A stretch of 63,240 nucleotides of DNA, filler included, from Lenisia limosa (lineage: Eukaryota; Protista; Breviatea), in assembly GCA_001655205.1 (NCBI GenBank). It is 5 parts of 5 records of this genome, joined end to end, with 100 filler letters (N's around TTAATTAATTAA, not from the genome) between each part and the next. Parts side by side here need not be neighbours in the genome. Positions count along the whole stretch, not along the records: positions 1 to 16,447 come from LPNZ01003883.1; 4 more parts are not named here. The stretch is one strand, 5' to 3'. This document shows, piece by piece, positions 1-14,418 of the stretch; within the stretch, counting starts at the first letter, position 1, and each line of letters begins with the position of its first letter. Both the position numbers and the translations under genes were made by a program. A model generated the notes under the pieces. It saw only the letters and a list, made by a program, of their open reading frames with translations. It did not search any database and was not told the DNA's origin.

Positions 1-304
1 ATGGGGGAGGGGGGGGAGAGACTGTATGTTGAAGGTTCTCTTCTCTTGCTTGTTATTGAGACAACTAAAATGGTTAAAAAGGGAGGAAAGAGGGTGAAAA
101 GGGAAAAGAGTGGCTAGGGCGGAGAAGAAGTGAGAGGGAATCCCCCAGAATCATTTTTGATAAATATATTTTGGGCGTTCAACGAAGGAACACAACTAAC
201 TCTCTAAAAATCTAAAAAGAGAAAAGAAAGAAAAGAAAAAGCGTAGATAAAGAAGAAATGAATTAGTTGTTTCTGCTTGACCAAGTCTTTCACCTTATTG
301 CGGG

Positions 305-3300
305 ATGGCTCCAAGTCGCAGTGTGCAGGAAAGGCTCCTGAAGGCCATTGATGATCTTAATACGGTGATAATTGATGAGAAAAATATCAAAGAACTCTTT
401 TCAGGAAACTACTCAGAAGAAGGTATTCATTTTGGCATCTTCTCATTCCTTCTAGACTTTGATATTCTCAACGAACTGCCAACAGTCAACGAGGAGACTC
501 TCAATGAGGTTGTAAACGCTTTATCGGAATGGAGGAGGTGCACAGATCGGCGCAGTCAGCGTGGTATTGAGGAGTCTGATGAAGAGACAGAAGACCAGCA
601 AGGTGTCACATCCTTGGCTTGGGCGTTTATTCAAACCTCTGGTAGGGGACTCTTTTGATTTGACGGTTTTGAAACAGCATTATTGTTCATACCGTTTTTT
701 TGGCGGGTCAACCGTTATAATCGTTGGCGTTTATACTATCCACTGAAGGCGAATATGACAAGCCGAATAACCATTTAGGACATAATCTCCGCAAACTTGT
801 CTATGCGATCAATGCCGTTACTTCAATGAGTGAGAAGGGTGGTAATAGGGCCATCTTCGCTGTAACCTCATTAACCTCATAGCCAAACCTGGACTTGGCG
901 CTGATGCTGCCTGCCATGCCGCGAGGATCTACCTCTTCCTTCTTGGTTGGCCATCTTTTTGAAGCTGGTTTTATGGATGGGCTGACTTTTCAGGAGAGCA
1001 AGGTGGAAGTTCCATTCTATTCCACCCTATGGTCCTTCGAATGTCTATTACGGTATGTTGGGAGCAGGCAGAGGGTTGTGCTCATGGAGTTATTAGGCAA
1101 AAGATTGGAGAAATGAGTATTTTGGCTAACTGAGATCCTTTTGAGCTGGTAATATTTTTGCACCACGATCCACATAAGTAACAAAAGCAGGTGTTGAGAC
1201 GCTGGCCTGGCCCTAATGAAAAAAAGATATCCTCAAAGGCTGTGGAGAAGGAAAAGGAGGATGATGATGACGCAAAGCCTAAAAAGAAGCGCCTTCCGGT
1301 GCCTTCTCGTGAAGCTCTTGTCGCCTTGATGAGCGAACTCAACTTCCTTCTGAGAGTGGGCGATCCATGGATTTCTTTCTTTTTGTTGTTGAAAAAGAAA
1401 AGTTATTTTCTATATTGGGATCAACAAGATTTATAACGCGGCAAACCTAACTGTTTTAGGTGTTTTCAATGTCAATGGGTTCGGATTTAGTGCAGGTAAG
1501 ACTTGGATGGATTTGTGGCCTGTTGCTTTTTTTCGATATTCTGAATGTCATCGTGTAGACCGTTGCCGAGTCCGTTACTGTCGTGATTGTTCAAAATAGT
1601 CTTTCTGGTGGATTTCAAGTAGGCCCTCTGAGTTTCTTAGACACATTAACGTTTTAGGGCGATACAAATTCGGCCTTTGATTGCCTCAGTCTTCTAATGC
1701 TGCCTCTTCACGGAGATGTGGGGGCTTTTTGCTTATAAATAATGGTTCAGGTCACCCATATTGCGGACTCAATCTTTGCCCAGCTTCTTCCTCTTCTCCT
1801 TCTCTCTGCTGGAAGCGCGGGCAAAACCGTTAACCGAACCACCAAGACATACACAACAATGAGAGATAAGGCCGTGCACTTTATTATGTAGGTCTTTGTT
1901 TTGTATTTTCCTCACTATTAGGTCTGTACTCGAAAACCACGATATTGGACCATTTGTGATCGGCTCCGTACAGGCTTTACTTCAGCACATCTGTGTCAAT
2001 GTTCCTGAGAGGCAAGATATGCGAAAAGAAGCGTATGAACCCCCCTTGCTTATCAAAATTTGTTCCAACTAGGGCTTACCTACTGACCTGTAGAATATCG
2101 ATATTTATCGAGGATTTATGGAGAAACGTTGGGAAGCCCGAGCCATTACATCTCTTCTTTTTTTTGCCGTCAAGTCTCTATTAAAACTAGGATTGTTTAT
2201 CAATATTCTCTCATTTCCCTCAATATTGCCAACATTCTCTCATTTCCCTAGGGCCCACACGATTACTTCACTGTTGGAAGCCATCCCCGTCGACTTTATT
2301 GACTATCAAACAGGAAGGTGTGAATAGGTGGAAATGTATCAAGCTGCCTCGTCACCTTCATAATGGGTTATGATTATTTACAACCCGTGCACACAGCTCC
2401 ATCTTAGCTTCTAGATTTGTTCGATTCATCACACGACTCTCGTCTTGTAACAAGTAGGTTGCGAAGCTGTTATTCCTCCCCTATTTGTAGTAAAGTCTCT
2501 ATTGAAACTAAGTTCAAAAGATCCGCCCGTCTCAACCTTCAGGGTGGTGTCGCGCTCATTTTCATGCGAAGTAGCGTCTGCGCTCATGTCACGTCCCGAC
2601 TTCAAACCTGCTCCCCCCACTATCATCACTCCCCCCATCGTTGCCACCCCTTCCAAGCCGCCACCAACTCCACAGCAAGCAGCTACCCCAGGTTAGTATT
2701 TTTTTATTATTATTATATCATATAGCCAGTATATGATCAATAGATGCCATATTATTTCTTATTTTATTTTTTTTCAAAAAAAACTCACACATTAGCGTAT
2801 CGCGTACCCGCCACGCCTGCCTCCACCAAGCCTGTTGGAGTGACTTCTTTCGCTCCGGGTGCCGCCGCGACCCTGACCACACTCAGTGCTAATCAGGCTA
2901 AGGTGGGAGGGGCAGTCAATGGTGAAGACACGTCATCCTTTGTCGGGTTTTATCTGCTGTTTTTTATTTTGTTTATTGTTTTTTATTGAAAACTGTCTTT
3001 AGTTCTCATATAGTAGCTCTATTCTTCAAATAGTCAATTTAACCTTGTCGTCCTTGAGTTGATAACCTACTTTAATGGGTGACCCCCTCAGGAGTTCCTG
3101 GGAGTCCCGCCTCTGATGTCCATTATGGTTCAACGGACCTCAGATAAGGCCGCTACCACGTGCGCGCGCGCCTTGGCGTCAGTTGCTTCCGTCCTTGACA
3201 CAGCAGCCTCCAAAAACGTGGGACACACATGAATGGTCAAATCTAGCATAAGAATCGTCAACTCAGGCATAAGAATAGTCATGCATTTGTGTTGCCAAGC

Positions 3301-6300
3301 CAAAAGCATTATCTTCACTTTAACTGACTGTGTAGAGTGCGGAGTTCTCCGCTCCAGTGTTCCGCTCGCTTGGACTGTTGTGCTCCGAACTTGACCCCAT
3401 CACCCCAAAACGTTTGTGGCTTCCTAGGGGCTGTGGATCTTCTCAATATGGAATACGTTCATACTTTGATGTCCTTTGTTTGCCCTGTTGTTACCCTTTA
3501 CGCTGTTATCCTGTTAACCTGTTACGCTGTTATCCTGTTGTTACGCTGTACCCCGCAGCATCGGTCACGTCTCCCGGTCAAGTAGCCCCACCCGCGCCCC
3601 CCACCGCCTCCACTCAGTTCCTTGACCTCCTCCATCGCCGTGCCAATGACTCTTCAAAAGTTGGATATATTGAAAGCTCCATCAGCACAAAAAATTGATG
3701 TTAAACAGATACCGTACTATATGATATGATAATACATCTTGCATCAAATGGTCGTGCCGAGAAATGATGTTGTAGCCTGCTGTGAGGAAGGCGGCTATTA
3801 GTCTGATGGGCCGCATCCTCTCTGCCCAGCCCGTTGCCCCCTGTCGCCTCGCGCCCACACGTGCCATCGATGTCGATCTCATTAAGGTGGGTGCTAATAT
3901 ACAGTGACCGGGATAAGTATTGACCTATTTTCCTTGGTCAAGGCTTATCTCGGGGGCTAATATATGATATGTAATTAGAGAAACGAGAAATAAAATTGGT
4001 GGAACAGGCTGAAATGTTGGCGTAGTAAAATATAACTTTGCACGTTATATAATATGATGACTATATCAGAAGGCTTGTCTAGGAGGGTGTTTCTTATGTA
4101 CAGTTTAACCACCGGATCTCTATGATCCTATTTTCAATAGAGAGTTTACTGTGAAACAGATCTTCAGTCTAACAACGTAGAACCACTGTAGCGACCTGCA
4201 GCTTGTTGTGCGCAAGGAGGCCCAGGCCGCAATCAGCCAGGTTCTTCTGGCACAACCGTCGGTCCCGGTCCGACAAAACGGCTGGTTAACCGGTGTGCTG
4301 CCACAGGTGCATGATGTGGAGAAGGGCGGTGAGGACCAAGCCGAGTCACTGATCAACACCGTCATTGTTGGGTCGATCTTGACGAGCTATGCGGAAGAGG
4401 TGAGAAACTACTTAAATGCATCAAAATTTGGGGATTTAAAAACTCAAGAAACAAATTATTGTTGTCTCCGATTAGCACTGGGGTCCACAACAACCAATAT
4501 TGGAGTGTTAGTCTTGACCTGTTGACTTTTCAGTGCCATCAAACGCAGCTCGATGAAATAGAAGATGAAGGCGATGAGGCTGTTTCAAGTCAGATCCCCC
4601 TCCCTAACCTCTCACAAGGTGCGTTTCTGCCTTGTTGTGTTGAGTGTGAATGTAATATTGCTGGCATGCAAACAGTCTCTTGATCAGTACTCACCATTAT
4701 AGTGATGCCCTCATTCCATTCAAGTAGTAATGCAAATCAAAGTGCTAACTGGATCTGGACGATGCTCAATGAAGCTTCAGGTTTGGATTGTTTTTGCCTG
4801 ACCTTCAAGACGACTCGTTCCGTTACCTCAACTATGGCATTGGACAGCTCGTTACAAACCAGTAAGCCTAAAGCCAAAGGATTCACGCTCTAGTGCTTCA
4901 TTTACTGCTGGTCGCATGAGCAGGCTGATCAAGGCCCTCGAACATCGCATCCATGATCTTGAGCTCTCTGCGGGTCAAACGGTATGATTCTCCTATTGAT
5001 AGTACATCTAACATATTCTTAAAAAAAGCGCTCCTATGGGGCTACTATGATTGCTAAACTCTCACTCTTTTCAAGTGCAACTTTATTATTGGTTTCACGA
5101 TCTAGACTGGTGCATGGCGTCTCTTAGCGTCTCTCTCGTTTGCAGCCCCCAAAATGATCACCGCATCCTCTGTTGTGGCAACCTGGATGACAAGCACCAA
5201 GATCTTCGGCGTTGATATGGACAGTCAAAAGGACGACAGTCAAGGATCACTGAACGAGGTGGGAAGGAGGGGGGGGGGGTACTGGAGCAATTAATCAAAA
5301 AACCATAAGGAGGGAAGGAGGGGTTTGGAGCAATATCAAGAAACCATAATATCTATTGAAGATATCTGAACTAAATGAACTCATCAATGGCAACTTTGGG
5401 GAACTTCTTACGGGAAATTGTGTCCGATGCCTTCACGATTCAAGGTCGACATGGACGAAAAGGAGGCCAAGATTGTGGAGAGTGTTCTCGAAATACTCTC
5501 GTGCATGGCATCCAGAATCAAGCCCACTGTTGGTCATGAGGTGAGAGGGAGGCAAATCAAAATATGGATTTTTGAGTAAATATAATTAATTTCATAATTT
5601 TATTATTATGGCAAATATCAGCTAAGTACTTGATTTCACTGTTCTGATGATGGTGTAGCTGGCCAAAAGCATCATTGAGTGTCTGACAACAATGTCTATG
5701 TCAGCAGGACAAGTCAGACATGCTGTCCACTTCCTGAACATGTGGAACAAGGTTTGTCGATGTTGTCAGTTTCATAGTGTAGCATTTGGCTGGAGGTGAC
5801 CATCCAACACACATGCAGGCAGTCAAGAAGTGGGCTGACCCTATCATCGCAAAGGTCGAAAACGCCCTCAGGTAGGAGTTAAAGAACTAGCGAAACCTGG
5901 ACTATTCGTATTTTCTTTTCTTTTTCTCAAAAACTCTTAGACGCTGCTTCATTTTCACACAAGAAGCTGAGGAAGCTGCCCCCCAAGGCGAACCCATGTC
6001 TCCAGTGGCTGGTACGTGGAAAACTTCAATTCAATATGGGGGAAAGGTGTTCTGTACCTACTATTATGATGTAGTAGTTGTAATAGTGTATCATCATTTG
6101 TTGTTTTTTGTTCTGTATTTTTTCTCTTATTTTTTCTGATTTTGTAGGAGCTGCAGCCGTCCCTGCCACTACACCTCTCCCAGGTATCGATGACTACTCC
6201 CAACCGTTGACAAAAACTCAGGTGGGACTTACATGGTTCAAGCGACTTTTCTTCTTTCATTCGCAACAAGAGTGTTTCATAGCTTTGACTGAGTCCACAA

Positions 6301-9300
6301 ATACCACTTTTCTTATTTAACTCCATATCACAGAATTAATTTAAAATGTCTGGTGACCTACTATTTTTGCAATATAAATTCCATCATACTTGGAAAGCAA
6401 AACCCCCACTAATGAGTGAATGCTGACGAACCAGGCCGAAGAAGTTGCGCGGGGCCTCCGTGTTTCCGACAGTTTAGCCGGAACCGCCGTATCAGCTTTG
6501 ACAACGGGTGGCGAGGTTGTGGCACTCAGCCCAACTTCTGCCTCACAAGCGCTCAAGAACATTGTTCAGGCTCTCATTGCTTCCGACATGATCCCGCACG
6601 TTCTGAGGGGCCACGCCATGATTGTCATTGGCCAGCTGTGTCTTCACGACAAGGCTCTTGCTAAGCGTCTTGTTGCCGCCTTGGCTCTGGAGGTTACTAC
6701 CGCTCCCAATCCCGTTATCCGAAATAATGCGGTCATTGCCCTCACTGATTTGTGCATTAGGTTTGTGCCCTTTGTTTTGTCATGTCAGAGAATATTTGAA
6801 ACTGTGTGTCTCTTTTAAGCATGTTGGTGTGAAAAACTTCCGCCAAATGCTATCTTTATATTTCTCATTTCCACGTTGTGGAGTATCCATCGTGTACAAT
6901 ATTGAATAGCACATCAGCACCACTGTGAAAAGCCCCCATTCAGAATTGACACTTTAGATACACCAACATTGTGGACCCCTTCATTCCAAACATCTCCTCT
7001 GCCCTCAAGGACCAGTCTCCGGTCGTAAGGCGCTGCGCCTTGACGTAGGAAATCGCCACCATCTCATAATTTTTGTTTTTTCGTATTTCTGATGTTTTTT
7101 TTTTATTTTCAGAGGAATAAAAATCGTTTTATGGGGGTTTAAGATTGGTATTTAGGGTCTAATCGGTGCTAATCTCAAACTCACTCTTCAGGACTCTGAC
7201 AAGGTTGTTCCAAGAAGATTACCTCAAATGGAAGGGCGACTTGTTCTACAAATTTATTGGTTAGTTTTTGGGCAAGTTAGATCATATCGTGGAAGAGAAG
7301 AAAAACTGATATCCTCTAACAACTACCATACAAATGCATGCTGATCCCGGAAGGATGTTATTTCTCACACCTTGAAGGCAATCTTGTCGACCCCGTACCG
7401 GAGGTGTCATCATTGACGCGCTATGTCTTGAGTTCCGTGTTCCATAGGCGCGGCGGCGGGCGCCTCTTCTTCTCAAGGTATGCAGTGTTGTATGTTTAAT
7501 CTTTTGTTTACTGAGACTGATGAGGGGGGACTATCTTGAGGCTTTCGAGGTTTTTCTTCAAAATTGAGTTCATCTCTTAGATTCATTGAAACGGTCTTCT
7601 TCCTCAATAACGCAACTCGTGTAAGCTGGAGTTATAAAAGCTGTTATTGTAAAACAGAGGGAAAAGATGTTGAAAGCAAATTCAATTCGAACTCAATTCA
7701 TATATTAAGTGGGATATGGGGTGAACACAACAATTAATCAGACAATCCTCCAAAATGACGCAGTAGCATGGACGCTACAATCAGTTCACACAGTCCGCAA
7801 AGGACCGTGCATTGTTCCCTCTACCAGGACCTGAAAACGAAGAGAAACGCATCCAGGTTTGTGTTGCAACTGCCGCCCTTCAAAAGGACTCCTCGTGACC
7901 CTTTAGATCTATACCTTTATGCTTGAGCATTGCACTCCAGAACAGAAGTTCGAAATTGTCGCCAAGCTTACCGATGGTTTGTTGCGTGTTTACTTTGATT
8001 CCACGGAAAGACTATTTTTCTCGATATACTAGTGACTTGGTGTCTCAACGCGCCTTTCCCTTTGATGATTTTAGACGTGTTGAAAGCAGTTGTCGAAGAT
8101 ATCTACCCGCTGAACATTGAATCTGCTGCCGGTTTGCCTTGATAAACATAGTGCTTCACTTCGTTTCGAAAACCCCCAGGAAAATATCGATAGTTTTCGA
8201 GGATTTAAAGAAATTCAATCTTTTTTCGAACTGAAGTGAAGAACAAGATAAATTTGAGTTCTTATTTCATCACCGATGCTGACGGACCTAACTTGCTCAG
8301 AACCAGCTCTTTGTGACATTTTCAATATTCTTTCGAGTGATGCTATCAAAATTGTGTCGTCAGCCCCTACGTCGGAAGCGGAAAGAAGTGAACTCGGTAA
8401 GTGCACTTCGATGTTGTTAGTCAGGGATGAGGATGATTCAAAATCGCAAATATTTCTCGAGTTCGTGAATAGAATGCTCACTCGTTGAATAATTCCTAAT
8501 GACTGTATCTCCAGTTCGATCAGTCAGGCCCAAATCTCATTGATTCAGGGGAAACTGCCGAGGATGCCATTTCTCAAGCCAAGGGACGCGTCATTTCTGG
8601 AATGGGCATCAAGCTCCTCGGTATGACTATGGTTGACCGGGTGTTCTCTTATAAGCGTGATGGTGTGGCCAGATACAACCTTGTATTTTTCTTCTCAATT
8701 TCATATCATATAATACACATGTACATGTATGGGGTGACTGTGGAAATTATGCGATGTGATAAGGCAAATGAATGGGCATTCTAAACAGGCGATGGTGTGG
8801 AATGCGGTCTGATACATCCTTCTTCTGAACTGCCTTCGCCTCAAAAACTGACACTTTAGTTGAGAGAACCATACCTCTTCTGATGTCCTTGAAACACAAA
8901 CTCGAAGAAATGCACTCTCAGCTCGTGAGACCTCTTCTCCGCTATTTGGTTGAGATCTGGAGAGACTACCAGTCGTCTGTGGAAGGTTGGTCTTGGCTAT
9001 AAGGGTTTAGAAATATGAATGATATCTTCTTCTTTGTTTCCATACCAGCTCTTATAAATGCCCGATTAATCTTCAGGACTTATGTCGGCGGACCACACAT
9101 TGGCGGAGGAAATCAAATACGACATTGCAAACGTTGAGGGTCAGCAGAAAGCGGCAAAAGAGGGTATGAAAGAGAACAAGAATGGTAAATGCATCAATTA
9201 AGAACAATACAAATAACACACCTTCTGTACAGAGAAAATAAGAAAAGAACAAGGAGATAACTAGTACAAAAAAAAAATTATCTTTTAGCGGCGATCCGAA

Positions 9301-11703
9301 AGTCTCGAACCCCCCTGGCAACCCCTGTTAGACGCACACCCCATTCACGCCACCCCAAAACCACACCAGCTATTACGCCCGGACTCAAGCCTCGACCCAC
9401 CCCGGTTGGTTTCCTGCCTTCCTCTAAGATCCACCATTTTCTCTTTTCCCTTTTTTTGCTGGTACACTCCACATTTGAAGTAATCTCATTTTTTTAGCTC
9501 CCCATGGCGCCGCCGTCAGCCCGGCCGCAATCCCCCTCCACCCCATCCCGGAAACAGACAAACACCGCCCCGGGCACCCCTCGCACTCCGGCTTCGAAAA
9601 GAACACCTGTTGTCGCCGGCACGCCAGCAAGTGCCGCACGCTTGCAAGGTATGCCATTATGCCAATTCACCAATCGCAAGGAAACCATATATCACAATAT
9701 ACGGTCCTTTTGGTTTAGGGGTTCTTTTTTTTTTGGATCTTGGCACTTTTTTTTGCAATTTTTTATTTTTTAGGCCCCACCACCCCAGCACGTAAAGTCG
9801 AATTCTCATCCCCTCGAGTGAGCGTTTACACTGTTGTTATTATATAAACCTGAATAACAATAAATGGCGATACTTTACAAGACCCCCGGTGAATTAATAT
9901 TGTACTATATACTCCANNNNNNNNNNNNNNNNNNNNNNNNNNNNNNNNNNNNNNNNNNNNNNNNNNNNNNNNNNNNNNNNNNNNNNNNNNNNNNNNNNNN
10001 NNNNNNNNNNNNNNNNNNNNNNNNNNNNNNNNNNNNNNNNNNNNNNNNNNNNNNNNNNNATATTATTACTAAACATACTCATCACAATCTCTAAAAACTA
10101 TCATTTGGACCGACTCGTGCCTTTAATTTCGTGACAAAGTCCAGCCTCAACCACCACCGAAGAGGGCCATTTTCGATGATGAAGATGAAGAAGGCGATAC
10201 TGTCAGCGTCCAACTCCACTTTGTAAGCCACCCCCCTTTTTTGCCCCTGTTTCATTTGCGGATTTTGAGACTTCATTGTGTGAGCCCCCCAACCCCTCCT
10301 TTTTNNNNNNNNNNNNNNNNNNNNNNNNNNNNNNNNNNNNNNNNNNNNNNNNNNNNNNNNNNNNNNNNNNNNNNNNNNNNNNNNNNNNNNNNNNNNATTG
10401 CCTGTGTTCATCAAAGCAGGACACCCCACCTAATTCTGCTTCCCCTGAACCCGAAGTGTCAGGCCCGCTCTCGCCAAGGTTGGATGGAGAAAAATCAGGA
10501 CCATTTAGATTTCAAAAAGATTGAGAAATAGAAGAAATGTATTACTTGAATAGATGATGATAGTTCCGTTTTTCGCAGGGCATTGTTGTAATTATATAGT
10601 CCTGAACCGGTGATAGAGGCTCGCGCGAAGTCTAATAGCGACGCCAAGGCCAAGGCAAGGGTAGGCGGCCGGTGATTGCCCCCCTCCCACCATACTAATA
10701 AACTTAATCATATAATCCCCCATCCACAATCGCCATATACATATGCATATATTTATATTGCACAATCGGAGACTCTGTTGTTTCTAGGGTGAACATAAGA
10801 TTATTTGATGCATTAAAGTTCAAAGTTCAAAACCAAACCCTCCCCTCAATGATAAGTAAGGTAACCAACCACCTACCCTTTTCTATGATGTGGGGAGGAG
10901 GGAGGGTTATCTGATAATTTTTACTTATGCGGTCCTTGCCCCTCCCCCCACATCATATTATATGAATATGTAAACCCAATAACCCCTTTACCCCAACCAT
11001 AGAATCCCCCCACTCAATTATATTAGAAACAATACAAATTCTTATTTTCTCTGCAGTCATGTGACCCTGTAGTCCCGGCGGAAGAGAAGTACCCCGCGTC
11101 CGGATGAGGAGTCCGTAAATGAGGAGCCTGCTCGCGACATGAGCGTCAAAGCCACGCAAAAGTCCCATGTTGTCCGCGAACCTTCAGCGGAGAAACCAAA
11201 AAGCCGAGCCGGGCTGAGGAAAGAAGCAACTGTCCGAAAGGCCAAGGCTGCGGTTCAGGCCCGGAAGGAGAAGGCAAGAGAACTTCTAGAGTCTGAAAGA
11301 CAGAAGGAGCGGGAAAGAAGGGAAAAGCAGGGAAAAAAGGACCAGGAAGAGGCACTCATTGCCAAGGCAGAAGAGGACAGGTTAGGTGGTTGTTCGCTTT
11401 CGTATCAACGTCTGATTGATTGTTATGTTTTGACTCTTTAGACTAGCAGCAAAGAAGGCTAATAAGGAGAGGAAAAAGAAGACAGTGGAGAAGGAGGTTG
11501 AGGTTGAGGAAGAGGCAACTTTGGAGGAAGCCCCTGAGGAAGAGAAGCCCGCTGCTGTTAAGAAGAAAAGAGGACTGGCCAAAATCGCCGCACAAAAGTC
11601 TCAAGAAAAGGAGGAAAGTGAAGCGGACAAGAAAGCGGAAATGAAAAAGCAGTCTCTCAGAGCCAAGAGAATAAAGGCCGCGAAGAATGCCAGGAAGAAA
11701 TGA
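305..11703 (+). CDS. NCAPD3: Condensin II complex subunit CAP-D3 (HEAT-repeat protein, Cnd1-type C-terminal region), multi-exon
   Basis: Spliced peptides match CAP-D3 motifs: VQRTSDKAATTRARALASV (~3128), VVRKEAQAAISQVLLAQP...GWLTGVLPQVHD (~4205), PVIRNNAVIALTDLCIR (~6715), IVDPFIPNISSALKDQSPVVRRCAL (~6970), FQEDYLKWKGDLFYKF (~7210). A Pro/Thr-rich and Lys/Glu-rich tail ends at TGA 11701-11703. The tail spans two N gaps, so its link to the same gene is inferred. Confidence 0.9.
3498..3550. repeat. Short tandem repeat (ttacgctgttatcctgtt, about 2.5 copies) at the 3' end of a CAP-D3 intron
   Basis: Units at 3498-3515, 3522-3539 and a partial unit at 3541. Confidence 0.8.
8149..8246. mobile_element. 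hAT-like palindromic MITE (family 1), degenerate copy in a CAP-D3 intron
   Basis: tagtgcttcacttcgtttcgaaaa...ttttttcgaactgaagtgaagaacaa; flanks gataaaca / gataaatt (6/8); intron 8131-8300. Confidence 0.8.
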
Positions 11704-11915
11704 GCCCCCCTCCCCCCGCTCATTAAGGTTTCTATTTGTAGATGTGTATTAAATGTACTTTATTTTGTTTCTTTCATTTTGCAGTCCTTGGGAATGCAGT
11801 CCAAAAATTATCACATCACACCATCAATTTAAACCAAAGCGCCACACTCACGCCATTACGCATGGCCTCATTGAGCTGCTGAATAGCTAAAAAGAGACAA
11901 TAGGTAGGCGAGTGC

Positions 11916-14418
11916 TCAGTCGGAGAGTCTCAACGTTTTCAAGGAAAAGAGTTTGGATAGCGACGCTGGCACGTGAGGAACCCATCCCTCGGGCTGGTCA
12001 CAGCCTGGACACACTCGTAGGTCTTCCTATCAACGTCAATGCTTTGCTCAAATAAAACCAGGGTACGGCATCCCATCTTTGTAAAGGAAATGCTGTGTAG
12101 GACTCACCAGGATACATCTTGAGCAGACAGCACAAAAAACCTCCTTGCAGCCCGTGCAGTATTTGAGTTCACAGGAGTGTCGCACCTCCTTACGACAGCC
12201 AAAACAATTCCGTCTGAACAGTTAGGAGCGTGAGCACGAGATTTGTATGGTATCCGTATGTATTTATTTGTTTCCCTAGATTTCTAATGTATTATTTCTC
12301 CTGTTGAAAAAAAAGTGAAGTAAATGCCAAATGATTATCATGGTTTCAAAAACACTTCAAGCTGAGTTTTCCCTAATAGCAGCGCAAAAGTAGATATCAT
12401 AATAGTTCCGTTACTCATAAGTTCCAAACAAACATACCTTTTTTCTTCTTCAGTACAGTTTTCATGTGGAAGGGCTGTAAAATTCTTCCTTTTAGCTTTC
12501 AAAATAAGGTCTTCCTAGGGGTATTATCAGAAGAACCATGATGAATCTGCATTGCTACTGTTTTTCCTTGAACAAACCGAAGTTAGAAATAGACTGCACA
12601 CGGGGCATGTAGTGGGAATCTTGCAGACCTAAACAATTATCCTATATGCCAATGCATTGTCTTGCGCAAAACCGGCAAATAAATAAGAACGCAAACCTGA
12701 GACGCGCATTGCGGACACGTAAACCCCGTTCGTCGGAGGGAGTGGTGACTGAACAGTCATTAATCAACTCAGTTCCTACCATGAACATACAGTCGGCTGA
12801 CTACTGCGAACTTCCGTTGGGAAGGCCATTTTAATGAGGGACGGTGGAGGGGGCGGAGCAAGACTAGAGGCCGCTTGGGGCTCTTCTAATTGTCGCAATG
12901 CTACTCAAGTTAGAAACCAAGCCTGGATCTTACTTTTCACAAGATGCTCATTATTAAGAACAACAGTGTAGCTCCCTGAGGGGTTACATTAGCCAATTTT
13001 CAGAGAAACAACCCACCTCCAGTTTTTTCTGTGATGGTTTCCATGATGTTAACTGTACACCCCATCCCAATGATGAAAACCCGGACCCTGTGTTTCTTAA
13101 CCAACTCAATTGCCTCAAAAATGTCGCCTAGGGATGTTAGTCAACAACTATGGCACAAACCAGGGTCAACAGAGGATATCGACCCAGTAACGATAATGAC
13201 CTCTCGTGAACTTGTTGGGGGAAGAGCCCTGAAAGATAACATTGATCAAATCAAGGGATCAAAATCGAGGGATGACGTATCAAAACACAATGAAAGAGCA
13301 AGCGTAGTCGAGCTTACAGCATATGATTTGTCGCATCTTCCAATGCACGCTGCAACGAAATCGTTCCACCAACTCTTGACTCTTTCTCCAACTGAACTTC
13401 GTGGTCTTGGGCCTGGGCTGCAAATTTGAGACCATGATGAAAGGTGTGGATATGTCTGAAATAAAACATAATCACTCAAATACACTACCAATTAATAACA
13501 AGAACTGATATCAGTCATTAGTCATATTTACGAATCTCATCATCCCTCGATCCTAAAACAAAGACCAAATCCCCTCTGATACTTCTTCATTATTATCACC
13601 CGCCAACCTGAAAACCCTGACACTTCCTCCACAATGCCGTGAGACATTGACATAGTAGCAACAAGCGAACACGGTGAAGCCGCCAGTAGATTACCAATGA
13701 AATGCTTAACTGCTACTTTTGTGGCTGTCAAGCGAGATGGTCGAAAGTCAAGCTCTTCCATTGCTGCTGAACTGAACTGTTAAACACCACATTGTCTCTA
13801 CACGACTTCGACCTCGGACCCACGCATCAGTCACCACTACAACATGTCTCAAAAGGCTTCGGTGCGCATTTATTGGTGCATGGTCGGGCGCTCTGCTTTG
13901 TCAGTAGAGCCAAGGGTGAGGAAAAGTGGTGATTTAATAACAATTCCAAATGTTGATTATGACTCTGGAGCACGCTTTTAGGGTATGAATATGGCAGAAG
14001 TCGTCCACACCATCACGCATATAAGAGATAATAACTATATATAGCAATGAGAAATACAAAATAAAGATGTATCTGGCCGAAGCCGTCCACNNNNNNNNNN
14101 NNNNNNNNNNNNNNNNNNNNNNNNNNNNNNNNNNNNNNNNNNNNNNNNGAGTATAATATTAATTCACCCAATCATTTGCCTTACAACTCTGTGCACGCAG
14201 GGGTTATGATTCTAAACAAGTACGTTGCCCACTGTGTCAATGCAAATGTTCCGAGGTCAACATGGTTTTCGATCAGCCTGCCCTCCTCGTCCTAAATTTC
14301 CCATCAGAGTTTCATCTATCAGAATTTTCATCTATCATGAGTAGTTACACAAGTATACCTCCTGAAGCAAGTCCCATGACCTCTCGTAGTTCGACTCCCA
14401 GTTGTAGCGGGGATTCAT
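11916..14418 (-). CDS. GTF2H2: TFIIH subunit p44 / Ssl1 (vWA domain + C4 zinc finger + C-terminal RING-like zinc domain)
   Basis: Exons: MNPRYNWESNYERSWDLLQE|DEEGRL (start 14418); LLRHVVVVTD; MEELDFRPSRLTATK; TSSREVIIVTGSISSVDPG; DIFEAIELVKKHRVRVFIIG; LIKMAFP; GFTCPQCASQ|VCKIPTTCPVCSLFL; CFGCRKE...CTGCKEVFCAVCSRCIL|EDLRVCPGC. These are collinear with Ssl1/p44. Confidence 0.93.
14040..14196 (-). repeat. Family-2 repeat in an SSL1 intron (spans an N gap)
   Basis: Both modules are present in the same order as the 49473 copy, on the reverse strand. Confidence 0.88.

Noticed and set aside
11990-12213. FYVE-like zinc finger as a separate gene
   Set aside because: It is the C-terminal zinc domain of TFIIH p44, in the same splice chain.
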